Counted from the first letter of the stretch, positions 37,580-45,767 are shown. The stretch: 64,000 nt of DNA from an uncultured virus (IMG/VR IMGVR_UViG_3300042349_000638) (IMGVR_UViG_3300042349_000638); one strand, 5' to 3'. The notes: a model not told the origin generated them from the sequence alone. Numbers and translations are program-made.

Positions 37580-38644
37580 ATGCCAGGATATTTCGACGGA
37601 GTTCCAAATTTTGAATATGTAGATCGTAATCCAGAAAGGAAAAATATTTCTGATTATACTCCTGTGAAAAATTTATTTAAGCGTGGAAAAATAAGAGATG
37701 AAATATTTGGTGATGGGAAATATTTTGATCAGTATATTATTGAGGGAGATGAAAGACCAGATAATACAGCATTCCAGTTATATGGAGATGACACCTTAGA
37801 TTGGGTTATTTTACTTTCTAATAATATTCAAAATGTATTATCTGAGTGGCCTATGACTCAGCAAGCACTTGATGAATATCTCCTGAGTAAGTACGGAGAT
37901 TATAATACATTATATAATGGTATTCGTCATTATGAAACAAAAGAAATAAAAAATTCAAAAGATGTTGTTGTTCTTAAATCTGGAATTAGAACTAGCAATC
38001 AGTGGAAAACAAATGGTAGTTGGATAGAGACAAGCACATCTAAACTCCTAGACATTTATTCTGGAAACAGAACCAATACATCAACTACTGTAACAGTTGA
38101 AGCATATGGTACTGGATTTACTAATCTTAAAGTTGGAGATCAAGTAACTATCGCAAATGTATCTCAAGACATTTATAACGGACCTCATGTAGTAACTGAA
38201 CTTGTAGAAGTTAATCAAGTAACTGTCAATGATTATCAAGTTAAAGTTTTCTCATACGAATTGCCAACTGCACCTGAAGTACCAGAACCAAAACTGTCTT
38301 TTGTTTTAGATAATGAAGGAATACCAGTCGGAAGTCAAGTTGAGGAAATAAGAGTTACCTTATCAAATTCTCCAATACCTGGAAACGCATACTACTTCGA
38401 ATATTTTGATAAGATTCTAGAAAAATTAGTACAAGTTCCTTCTACAGAATTTTTAGTTCCAGTGACAAACTACGAACATGAAATTCGTTTAGAAGAAAGA
38501 AAAAGAATTATCTTTGCATTAAAGAGAGAATATCTTCCAGTATTATTTGATGATATTCAAACTCAGATGGAATATAAAGAAGGGGGAGATCAATATATCA
38601 ATAGTACCTTGAAACGCGGAGATAACATAAGACTATACGAATGA
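37580..38644 (+). CDS. gp53: Baseplate wedge subunit gp53
   Basis: KNLFKR...YIIEGDERPDN-x-A-x-x-LYG...DWVILLSNNI...EWP...VTNYEHE. Confidence 0.88.
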   Translation: MPGYFDGVPNFEYVDRNPERKNISDYTPVKNLFKRGKIRDEIFGDGKYFDQYIIEGDERPDNTAFQLYGDDTLDWVILLSNNIQNVLSEWPMTQQALDEYLLSKYGDYNTLYNGIRHYETKEIKNSKDVVVLKSGIRTSNQWKTNGSWIETSTSKLLDIYSGNRTNTSTTVTVEAYGTGFTNLKVGDQVTIANVSQDIYNGPHVVTELVEVNQVTVNDYQVKVFSYELPTAPEVPEPKLSFVLDNEGIPVGSQVEEIRVTLSNSPIPGNAYYFEYFDKILEKLVQVPSTEFLVPVTNYEHEIRLEERKRIIFALKREYLPVLFDDIQTQMEYKEGGDQYINSTLKRGDNIRLYE

Positions 38645-38670
38645 AAAAGGGGGCATATGCCCCCTTTCTT
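38644..38670. terminator. Bidirectional intrinsic terminator
   Basis: AAAAAGGGGGC-ATAT-GCCCCCTTTCTT between the convergent gp53 and gp32 genes. Confidence 0.85.
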
Positions 38671-38675
38671 GTAGA

Positions 38676-39632
38676 TCACATATCTACAAGTTTACTGAAG
38701 TAAGACAGTGCATCTTCTTCATCTTCGTCTACATCATTTTTAGATGTAGGTTCAGGTACAGACTTACTACGTGCATAAGAGTCTTCAAGTTCCTTCATGA
38801 CACGGCTTTCAGACGTTTCATTCTGAGAATACGCCTCATAAGATTCCTCTTCTCGTGCAACAGCAGCAACGGCGGCAGAAGCAGAACTTGATTTTTGCCC
38901 CAGAACACCCTTAAGACGTACTTCCAGTTGCTCATAAGTTTTAAATTGAGAGGGAGAAATAATTTCTTCAAGAGAGTACTCTTTTTTCCAGAGTGCTTCA
39001 AGAGCATCATCATCACTAAGAAGAGCACCAGGAGATTCAAACTCAGACTTGTCGTAGTTCCAGTAACCGTCAACCTTACGAATCTTCAGTTTAAAGTTAG
39101 CACCTTGCCAGAAGTCAAAGGGATTGATGGGAGTTTCATCTTCAAATTCGGGTTGCATCGCTGCCATGATCTTATCAAAGATCTTTTTGCCATACTTGAA
39201 GAGGAAAACTTTTCCTTCATTTTGAGGATTTACGGGATCTTTTACAACGTAAATGTTTGAGTAAAAACTCAGTTTACGCTTTTGCTTACGGACAGTCTCC
39301 TTATCTTTATCACTACCACTGTTCCACAGTTCGCGGTTGTGCTCAGAGACAGGATCTTTTTGTCCAATGGTGGTGAGAGAATTCTCAATATACCATCCAC
39401 CAGTACCTTGGAAAGCATGAGTGTAGAGTTTCACCCAAGGAAGTTCCTCATTTTCAGGTGCAGGTAGAAAACGGATAACTGCATATCCATTGCCAGTTTT
39501 ATCAAGTTCGGGTTTCCAGAGACGCTCATCAGCACCTCCACCAGAAGTGTTATTTACCTTTTCCACTTCTTTAACAAGTTTAGCAGTCAAACTGCCAAGA
39601 GAAGATTGCTTCTTAAGATTTTCGAAAGACAT
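38676..39632 (-). CDS. gp32: Single-stranded DNA-binding protein gp32
   Basis: DERLWKP-x-x-DKTGNGYAVIRFLP...WYIENS...GKVFLFKYGKKIFDKI...GANFKLK. Acidic C-terminal tail. Confidence 0.95.
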   Translation of the reverse strand: MSFENLKKQSSLGSLTAKLVKEVEKVNNTSGGGADERLWKPELDKTGNGYAVIRFLPAPENEELPWVKLYTHAFQGTGGWYIENSLTTIGQKDPVSEHNRELWNSGSDKDKETVRKQKRKLSFYSNIYVVKDPVNPQNEGKVFLFKYGKKIFDKIMAAMQPEFEDETPINPFDFWQGANFKLKIRKVDGYWNYDKSEFESPGALLSDDDALEALWKKEYSLEEIISPSQFKTYEQLEVRLKGVLGQKSSSASAAVAAVAREEESYEAYSQNETSESRVMKELEDSYARSKSVPEPTSKNDVDEDEEDALSYFSKLVDM

Positions 39633-39677
39633 TTGTGTACCTCGGATTAATTGGATTTGGCTTTTGTGTACCCCGTT

Positions 39678-39706
39678 ATTCTAGGAGTCAGACCCAGTTT
39701 TGTCAA
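39678..39706 (-). promoter_or_regulatory. Sigma70-type promoter of gp32
   Basis: TTGACA (39706-39701), 17 nt, TAGAAT (39683-39678). Confidence 0.8.
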
Positions 39707-40025
39707 TCTGTTCGCGCATGACCTGGATCAGGGAGGACATATTGTTAAAGATAACATTCATATCCACATTAGGGGGTAATCCCATCATGGTCGCTGAATG
39801 AGATATCTTTTCTTTCATTTCTTTTGCTTTTGGATCATCAGATAAACTTAATCTAGTGTATAAGATTTTTTGCTTATCTAAAAGTCTTTGCAAAAGATCA
39901 ACATGATGAATTTTTTCATCACTATTCATTCTAACAAATTCAAATACATTTTTATAAATTGCCTCTTGAAGTTCAGATATTTCTGTAAGTTCAGCGCGGA
40001 CAACCTCAGAATCGAAAAAACTCAT
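39681..40025 (-). CDS. DUF1825-like cyanobacterial/cyanophage protein
   Basis: MSFFDSEVVRAE...RLSLSDDP-x-AKEMK pattern, in the usual slot between gp59 and gp32. Confidence 0.7.
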   Translation of the reverse strand: MSFFDSEVVRAELTEISELQEAIYKNVFEFVRMNSDEKIHHVDLLQRLLDKQKILYTRLSLSDDPKAKEMKEKISHSATMMGLPPNVDMNVIFNNMSSLIQVMREQIDKTGSDS

Positions 40026-40612
40026 AAAAGAGACTCCTTTAAAATTTTTTTATAACGAAATACATCAATATTTAGAAATGGCGTGTACTTGTTTAATTTC
40101 ATAGAAACGATCTGCCATATTGGATCCTCAAGTTTTTTGTCAAAATGTTTTTTATATCCAAGAATTTTCTCAAGTATAAGCAAAGTCTCTAAAGATAAAT
40201 TACCTTGAAGGTGTTTTTTTAGAATAATAGGATGTCTGTTGTTTTCTATTTTAAAAAATTCATCAAAATTTTGACCCGAAAAAATAGATTCAACCTCTTC
40301 TTTAAAAAGATAAGAAAGAGATTGAATCTTTTTAGACCATTCTTTATGCTTTTCTTCCCCGTTTCTTATAATTTCTCCAATCCATAATGATTGAGGATCA
40401 CTACAAGAAACAAAATTAGAAACAAAAAATGCTTCTATTTCTTTATCAGTTTTTTGTCTGGATAGTTTTTCATAGAAAAATCTATCTTTTCTTTTATAAA
40501 AGGATTCTAAACTTGCTCTTGTTTTACCACAATACTTGTGATAATCGTAATTATTTTTAGTAAAATGATTTTTTAAAGATAAGTATAATTTATAACAATC
40601 AAATGGTGTCAT
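40022..40612 (-). CDS. gp59: Helicase loader gp59
   Basis: YKLYLSLKNHF...YDYHKY-x-GK...FYKRKDR-x-FYEKL. Synteny gp33-gp59-gp32. Confidence 0.88.
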   Translation of the reverse strand: MTPFDCYKLYLSLKNHFTKNNYDYHKYCGKTRASLESFYKRKDRFFYEKLSRQKTDKEIEAFFVSNFVSCSDPQSLWIGEIIRNGEEKHKEWSKKIQSLSYLFKEEVESIFSGQNFDEFFKIENNRHPIILKKHLQGNLSLETLLILEKILGYKKHFDKKLEDPIWQIVSMKLNKYTPFLNIDVFRYKKILKESLL

Positions 40613-40885
40613 TTAGAATACTAATTTTGCTCTAGATGTTTTCTTCAAAAAATTTAATTCCATTGCTTCATATTTAATTTTTTCTTTCAATGGTTTTGGA
40701 ATTAGTTTAGGAACTGATTCTAAATCAATACTATTCTTTTCACAGAAAAATACAATGGCATCAATGTAATTCATATCCTCATTATTGAGGACAAGCTTTT
40801 CAATTTCTTGTGCAAATTTAGACGGGCAAAAAAACTTGCTTTCTAATACCTTTTCTAACTCTTGTTGATTGAAATTATTCTCCAT
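40613..40885 (-). CDS. gp33: Late transcription co-activator gp33
   Basis: F-x-x-EIE...YIDAI...LKEKIKYEA-x-x-LNFL. Probable ATG at 40885. Confidence 0.88.
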   Translation of the reverse strand: MENNFNQQELEKVLESKFFCPSKFAQEIEKLVLNNEDMNYIDAIVFFCEKNSIDLESVPKLIPKPLKEKIKYEAMELNFLKKTSRAKLVF

Positions 40886-40935
40886 AAGTTCTAATAGTGT
40901 TATTTGCAAATTAATTCACCCGTAATTCTTTTACG

Positions 40936-40964
40936 ATTTTACCAGTTAAGACATATAAAGTCAA
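40936..40964 (-). promoter_or_regulatory. Sigma70-type promoter of gp33/gp59
   Basis: TTGACT (40964-40959), 17 nt, TAAAAT (40941-40936). Confidence 0.7.
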
Positions 40965-41635
40965 GAAACCTGATTTGTTTTATCAGAAACAAATTTTTTA
41001 ATATACTTTGTCAAAAGTCTAATGTGTTTTTCTTTGTCCCGCTCTTCATAAACTTCAACTTCTCCATTTTCACATGCCATAATGATTACAAATTTTTTAA
41101 CTGAAAGACCAGTTAATTCATGAAGCATACACGCATATGCACAACATTGAACAAAATACCCTTCAATCCAATCTCTTGGCTTTGGTTGTTTTGATGTTTT
41201 GAAATCAATGATTGAAAGTTCCCCATCAAATTCTGCAATACAGTCTACTGTTCCTGCGATTCCTAAGAACTTGCTATAAAGAGATCCTTCAAGAGCGTGA
41301 ATATTATTTATACGATTTAAAGCTGGCTTAGCAATTTTAAATAACATCTCAGATAAAGGTTGAACTGTAGGAAGTTCTTCATTTTTAAGATGATGTTCCA
41401 CAAGTGTGTGCATATCTGTTCCACGACTTGTTGCTTTTTTTGTAATCTTATCTGCTTCCTCTAGACCAACTCTTTTTCTCCATTTATTAAAGAATTCTTT
41501 TTTATAATTACTTGTGACTGAAGTAATAGAAACAAACTCCAGAGGAGAATTTTCCTCTGGAATCTTATAGTAACGAACTCCATCAATCAATACCCTCTCA
41601 AGAGAAGGAAGATTCAATTCAATATGATTAAACAT
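40961..41635 (-). CDS. PD-(D/E)XK exonuclease
   Basis: SITSV...RGTDMH...AGTVDCIAE...IIDFKTS...YFVQ-x-x-AY. Confidence 0.85.
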   Translation of the reverse strand: MFNHIELNLPSLERVLIDGVRYYKIPEENSPLEFVSITSVTSNYKKEFFNKWRKRVGLEEADKITKKATSRGTDMHTLVEHHLKNEELPTVQPLSEMLFKIAKPALNRINNIHALEGSLYSKFLGIAGTVDCIAEFDGELSIIDFKTSKQPKPRDWIEGYFVQCCAYACMLHELTGLSVKKFVIIMACENGEVEVYEERDKEKHIRLLTKYIKKFVSDKTNQVS

Positions 41636-42390
41636 CAGAATCCCAATTCCATTTTTGTAATAAGATATTCTTTACAGATTCCTGAGCGTACAATATCCTC
41701 AACGCCAAATTCAATAGTATCAAATGATGGCATGATATTAAGAATTCTCATGAAATCGACAATACCATTCTTCTCGTTTGTTTTGACTAAATCAGTCTGA
41801 GTGGCATCTCCACAGAACATAATTTTAGAATCTTCGCCAACTCGAGTAATAATAGAATCAAGTTCATGAAAGTTTAGATTCTGAAACTCATCTACAATAA
41901 TAATAGATTTGTCAAGAGTAGTACCTCTGATAAAAGATGTGCTCCAAAAACTAATAGTACCTTGAGTTTTTAGACTACCATAAAGCATCTCAAAAGAAGC
42001 ATCATCTGGCATATAGAACATATACTTGACCATGTTCTTGTATGGTATCTGATAGATATCAGACTTATCTTCATGACTTCCTGGAAGAAATCCAATTTCT
42101 CTAGTTGCTACTAAAGATCTTACAATATAGATCTTTTCATATGGACTATTCTCATCTAGTACATCTTGAAGAGCATTGTAGAGAGTGATAAATGTTTTAC
42201 CTGTTCCAGCGCACCCATATGCCACAATATTTTTATTGTCTGCATATGATTTAAATAAGGATTCTTGATTGTCTGTGAGAGGTTCAATATCTCTCATCAA
42301 CTCAAGATTGATTGGTTTTTTGCGCTTCATTTGTTTTGCTGTCATACCAACCCCAATAGGTTGATCAGAACCTCTCCTTCTTCTTGCCAT
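41635..42390 (-). CDS. phoH: PhoH-family ATPase
   Basis: Walker A GCAGTGKT, REIGFLPG, FIRGTT, IIVDEFQN, ITRVGE, GDATQTD, DIVRSG. Confidence 0.95.
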   Translation of the reverse strand: MARRRRGSDQPIGVGMTAKQMKRKKPINLELMRDIEPLTDNQESLFKSYADNKNIVAYGCAGTGKTFITLYNALQDVLDENSPYEKIYIVRSLVATREIGFLPGSHEDKSDIYQIPYKNMVKYMFYMPDDASFEMLYGSLKTQGTISFWSTSFIRGTTLDKSIIIVDEFQNLNFHELDSIITRVGEDSKIMFCGDATQTDLVKTNEKNGIVDFMRILNIMPSFDTIEFGVEDIVRSGICKEYLITKMELGF

Positions 42391-42398
42391 ACTTTTTT

Positions 42399-42644
42399 TT
42401 AGTTAATTGGTTTTACTTTTGATCCAGGAACTTGAGATGCCTTATGAAGAACATCATTCCAACCAGGATTTTTCTTAATCAATTTATCTTTCCATTCGCC
42501 AATTTCACCAACACTGGCACAACCTTTTGACCAATCTTTGTCCCAATCTGGATTATCTTTTCTCCATTGTTCATAGGATGCAACTGTCATTACAAGTTCT
42601 TGAGTCTCGCCAGTATTGTTATTGATAACAGGATATGTAGGCAT
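42399..42644 (-). CDS. Hypothetical protein (MPTY-type, FmdB-like N-terminus)
   Basis: 81 aa, MPTYPV...GWNDVL. Late promoter-like box at 42666-42672. Confidence 0.7.
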   Translation of the reverse strand: MPTYPVINNNTGETQELVMTVASYEQWRKDNPDWDKDWSKGCASVGEIGEWKDKLIKKNPGWNDVLHKASQVPGSKVKPIN

Positions 42645-42668
42645 AATTTTATATGATGTATGTGCTAT

Positions 42669-43355
42669 TTATTGAATTATAATGGAGGGAGGATCTACAC
42701 ACTCTGAACAACCATCACGGAACCATCCAAGTGCTTCAGATACTGCTGGAAATTGGCATGTAAAGATACACTTTGCTTCATTCGCAATATCCATGTGTTC
42801 CTTCTGTGTACCGTGTCCAGAACGCAAATCAATGTAATGTATCCATGACCTGACTGAGCCTGTCATGTAGAGTCTTGTGGGCACTGCTAAGGGCAATACA
42901 AACCTTGCACACTCCTTTGCAATTCCATCATTCAACATATCTTGATATAGTTTCATTGCTTCACCAAAATGATGCTGCATTAGAATTTGATATTTTTGAA
43001 TAACATATGGATCTACATCATCAATACTATTCTGGCGATTCTTAGTATCTTGGCGACGTAGTTCGGGAACTGGAATGCTTCCCAGTAAAGAACTATCAGC
43101 ATACCGCTGTGAAAATTCTTGATATGTAAATGAACGGTGGCGCAAAATTTGAGCTGCCAGACCACGAGTAGTATTAATCTCAAGAGTCATTGTTGCCTGC
43201 TCAAAAATACTCCAGTGCTGATGCTGAATGCAATACTTAAGCAGTCCAGAAAATTTTTCATTATCCTGATTAGCAGGGTTACTTACCCGAGCACAATATG
43301 CCATATGTTTTTCTGCATCTGGCGTTACAGAAATAAGTTTAACGCTTTGGTTCAT
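42669..43355 (-). CDS. thyX: Flavin-dependent thymidylate synthase
   Basis: ARVSNP, HWSIFE, RHRSFTYQEFSQRY, KECARFVLP, TQKEH. Probable ATG at 43355. Confidence 0.95.
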   Translation of the reverse strand: MNQSVKLISVTPDAEKHMAYCARVSNPANQDNEKFSGLLKYCIQHQHWSIFEQATMTLEINTTRGLAAQILRHRSFTYQEFSQRYADSSLLGSIPVPELRRQDTKNRQNSIDDVDPYVIQKYQILMQHHFGEAMKLYQDMLNDGIAKECARFVLPLAVPTRLYMTGSVRSWIHYIDLRSGHGTQKEHMDIANEAKCIFTCQFPAVSEALGWFRDGCSECVDPPSIIIQ

Positions 43356-43540
43356 TCTTTTTCCTCCCAATACTCTCTTTCTTTTTTGCGTAGTTTTTTC
43401 AATTCCTTCATCATTTCCTTAATCTCTTGATATGCAACTTCGGGAGACATCTTATCTGACACTTCAAGTCCAACAATATATTGAACTTTATCTCCAAACC
43501 TAGCAAGTGCTCTTTCAAAAGCAGTTAAATCTTCATACAT
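43352..43540 (-). CDS. Hypothetical protein
   Basis: 62-aa helical ORF, translationally coupled on both sides. Confidence 0.7.
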   Translation of the reverse strand: MYEDLTAFERALARFGDKVQYIVGLEVSDKMSPEVAYQEIKEMMKELKKLRKKEREYWEEKE

Positions 43541-43707
43541 TAGATTTCCTCAGATGGATCATAATACTCAACATCATCATCAACATAGGGAGTAATTTCT
43601 TCATACTCATAAAGTGAATCAAGATTAGAACCTTCGAGTTCTTCTTTTAAGGCATTAAGATTTGATTCAATTTCTTCAATTAGTTCAAATACTTTCTTTG
43701 TATTCAT
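43540..43707 (-). CDS. Small acidic hypothetical protein (55 aa)
   Basis: Read by hand: MNTKKVFELIEEIESNLNALKEELEG...YYDPSEEI. Its stop overlaps the next ATG (TAATG), and it follows the promoter at 43731-43759. Confidence 0.7.
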   Translation of the reverse strand: MNTKKVFELIEEIESNLNALKEELEGSNLDSLYEYEEITPYVDDDVEYYDPSEEI

Positions 43708-43730
43708 CTTGAATTAAATAGTCCCAATAT

Positions 43731-43759
43731 ATTCTACACAAAAAAAGAGGGGGAGTCAA
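43731..43759 (-). promoter_or_regulatory. Sigma70-type promoter overlapping a terminator
   Basis: TTGACT (43759-43754), 17 nt, TAGAAT (43736-43731). Confidence 0.7.
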
Positions 43760-43770
43760 TCCCCCCTCTG
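43740..43770 (-). terminator. Intrinsic terminator
   Basis: Minus strand AGAGGGGGGA-TTGAC-TCCCCCTCT followed by a run of T. Confidence 0.8.
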
Positions 43771-43862
43771 ATTTAAATATTTTTTCAAACCATTGCACTA
43801 GATGAATACGATTGGTCTATTGTCCTTGTCTGTATCATCATAGTGATAATGGTAATCTTGCA

Positions 43863-43961
43863 TTACTTATTTCCAATAAGTTGTGCAAGTGATGCCTGGT
43901 GACGACGATTCTCCTTTTGTTTCTGCTCTTTGATGAGTTGAAGTACGTTGAGTTTTTTCAT
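43863..43961 (-). CDS. Small basic protein (32 aa)
   Basis: MKKLNVLQLIKEQKQKENRRHQASLAQLIGNK. TGATG overlap with the upstream ORF, SD-like GGAGG upstream. Confidence 0.6.
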   Translation of the reverse strand: MKKLNVLQLIKEQKQKENRRHQASLAQLIGNK

Positions 43962-44098
43962 CACTTATGACCCTCCTTAGTGTACTTAACTCCGCGATAA
44001 ACTTCGTTGTACTGTTGAGGTTGCTGCATCATTTGCTGTTGATACTCAAGACGCTTTTGCGTATCGTATTCAACACCGCGATATACTACTTTAGACAT
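43961..44098 (-). CDS. DUF4278-like small protein (45 aa)
   Basis: MSKVVYRGVEYDTQKRLEYQQQMMQQPQQYNEVYRGVKYTKEGHK, with two YRGV-x-Y motifs. Preceded by GGAGG and a glutamine riboswitch. Confidence 0.8.
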   Translation of the reverse strand: MSKVVYRGVEYDTQKRLEYQQQMMQQPQQYNEVYRGVKYTKEGHK

Positions 44099-44128
44099 TA
44101 GGATTTCCTCCAGAATGAGATGATTAGT

Positions 44129-44224
44129 CCCGTTCCTTCGGGCGGTTTGCGTTTGCTATTTGCAAATAGCAAATGAACGTTCCGTTCCGCCGTCCTACTT
44201 GCGTCCAGTTTCCTGGATGAACGT
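44129..44224 (-). ncRNA. Tandem glutamine riboswitch (glnA-motif-like)
   Basis: Two units of CGTTCA-[hairpin]-CGCAA...GGAACGG. P2 hairpins are TCCAG-GAAA-CTGGA and TTTGCTATT-TGCA-AATAGCAAA. Upstream of a DUF4278-like ORF. Confidence 0.85.
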
Positions 44225-44230
44225 AAGGTC

Positions 44231-44259
44231 ATTATAGACCCATTACAATATCTATTCAA
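44231..44259 (-). promoter_or_regulatory. Sigma70-type promoter of the riboswitch unit
   Basis: TTGAAT (44259-44254), 17 nt, TATAAT (44236-44231). The predicted start lies at the first aptamer. Confidence 0.8.
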
Positions 44260-44266
44260 GTAAATT

Positions 44267-44282
44267 TGTAAATTACGATACA
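44267..44282. promoter_or_regulatory. Putative NtcA binding site
   Basis: TGTA-AATTACGA-TACA matches the consensus TGTA-N8-TACA. Confidence 0.65.
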
Positions 44283-44286
44283 AATA

Positions 44287-44613
44287 TTATCTTTCGATAT
44301 AACTTAAAGTATGACTCTGAGCATAAAGTTGTTGAATGATAATATCACAACCAATTTTAGGATTGCAATCTCCACAAGTATAAACATCCACAGCTGCCTT
44401 ACCATCCTCAGGCCAGGTGTGGATGCTAATATGACTCTCTGAAAGTAAGCAAAGTACGGTAACACCCTGAGGGTCAAATTTTTTAGATATTGTTTGTACT
44501 ACGGTAGCGCCACTTGCTACTGCTGCATTTTCCAGTAGATCTATAAGACAACGTTCATCGTCTAAAAGGACAAATGAACATCCGTACAGATTTAACAAGT
44601 AGTGCTTTCCCAT
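44287..44613 (-). CDS. speD: S-adenosylmethionine decarboxylase proenzyme
   Basis: MGKH...F-x-PQGVT...LSESHISIHTWPE...AAVDVYTCG, including the ES autocleavage motif. Confidence 0.95.
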   Translation of the reverse strand: MGKHYLLNLYGCSFVLLDDERCLIDLLENAAVASGATVVQTISKKFDPQGVTVLCLLSESHISIHTWPEDGKAAVDVYTCGDCNPKIGCDIIIQQLYAQSHTLSYIER

Positions 44614-44614
44614 C

Positions 44615-44836
44615 TTACTCTTCTATTTTTTCGTCAGTTGATTGTTGATTTTCTTCATCAGTTTCTTCTAAAAGTTCAGAAACTATTTTTTCATTTCCTT
44701 CCATGACCTTTAATGTGTACATGGGAGACTTCATATATTTTTTAATTTTTTTATACTTTTTTAAAAGTTTTTTAACTTCATCAGTATAGATAGTAACTTT
44801 TGCTTTGCTGCTATCACTTTCAAATCCTTGAGTCAT
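44615..44836 (-). CDS. Hypothetical protein
   Basis: 73-aa ORF tightly packed in the operon. Confidence 0.65.
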   Translation of the reverse strand: MTQGFESDSSKAKVTIYTDEVKKLLKKYKKIKKYMKSPMYTLKVMEGNEKIVSELLEETDEENQQSTDEKIEE

Positions 44837-45168
44837 TTTCTTTTCTTTTTATTTGGCGCTTTATATCCCCAAAGTTTGGGACTTACTCTTCCATAACCAA
44901 AGTCAATTTTTTTAATTGCTCCTGGTCCATACTTATCATAATACATATCAAAAATTCGAACCCTTGTTCCCCTCGTCAAATCAACATGATCAGTTTCTCC
45001 GATAGTATACCAAACCAAATATGCATCGTTAGGAAAAGAAGTATCTTTTGCTTTTTCTAGAGTTGTTTTTTCTAGTAAAATTTCACATCCATAATCTGAG
45101 GAAAGAACGTTTTTTTCTTCTTTTCCATATTCTGTCATATTTTTCTCCGTATCTACTGCGGATATCAT
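44833..45168 (-). CDS. Hypothetical protein
   Basis: Probable start at the ATGA overlap (45168). Motifs IFDMYYDKYG and GYGRVSPKLWG. Confidence 0.7.
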   Translation of the reverse strand: MISAVDTEKNMTEYGKEEKNVLSSDYGCEILLEKTTLEKAKDTSFPNDAYLVWYTIGETDHVDLTRGTRVRIFDMYYDKYGPGAIKKIDFGYGRVSPKLWGYKAPNKKKRK

Positions 45169-45767
45169 GAACGACCACCCCAAGTGATATCGGGATATGC
45201 CTCTTTTACATTATCAATTGATAATTTATATTTATCAGTCAATCGTTTGTCCTTTACAAGACACATAATTTCTGCTTCAAGGGGATGAAGTCCTTGTAGC
45301 ATGTTAATAAACATTGTCTCTTTTCGAATCTGAGACAATTCATTATTACCACCATTAACAAAAATATAAAAGTTTTTACATTCGTTTCTAATGGAAGTCT
45401 TGGACGTTTCTTCTACAAATTCTTCTGTGCCATAATATCCATTTGATTTTAATCCAGCATTTTTTGCTTTACTATCAATCAAATCAGTTAAGTTTCCACC
45501 AACAGATGTTTGACCATCTACATTTGCATAAGGAACTGCGCCCTCAGGAACTGCACTAGTGATACTAGGATCAAAGTTCCAAATTAAAAGAGTCACAAGA
45601 CCATCATTTCGGTACTCTTTTAGAATTTCAACTTTCTTTGCATTAGATCTTTGTTTTGAAACAAGATCTAAAATCTCGTGTTGAAATGGATTTGGTTGAA
45701 GTTTTTGAATAGGAGTTTCAGTCTTCCTCTTCGTCGTCGTCTTCGTTGTACTCATAGTCATTCTCAA
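45165..45767 (-). CDS. Conserved T4-like phage hypothetical protein
   Basis: LIWNFDP...PEG-x-VPY...RKETMFINMLQGLHPLEAE. The start may be at 45755 or 45761. Confidence 0.75.
   Translation of the reverse strand: MRMTMSTTKTTTKRKTETPIQKLQPNPFQHEILDLVSKQRSNAKKVEILKEYRNDGLVTLLIWNFDPSITSAVPEGAVPYANVDGQTSVGGNLTDLIDSKAKNAGLKSNGYYGTEEFVEETSKTSIRNECKNFYIFVNGGNNELSQIRKETMFINMLQGLHPLEAEIMCLVKDKRLTDKYKLSIDNVKEAYPDITWGGRS

Noticed and set aside
35425..38644. Plus-strand block as an invertible or foreign segment
   Set aside because: It consists of core gp4-gp2-gp48-gp53 genes with a late promoter and a shared terminator. I saw no flanking inverted repeats or recombinase.
40961..41635. Cas4 or CRISPR-associated function
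   Set aside because: It is a PD-(D/E)XK exonuclease in the usual position next to phoH, without the Cas4 four-Cys cluster pattern, and no array or cas genes are nearby.
42669..43355. Intron or intein in thymidylate synthase (as in T4 td)
   Set aside because: The ORF is a continuous, normal-length ThyX.
44098..44283. 61-aa ORF in the track
   Set aside because: It spans the NtcA box, promoter and riboswitch; the credible gene starts at 44098 with a GGAGG SD.
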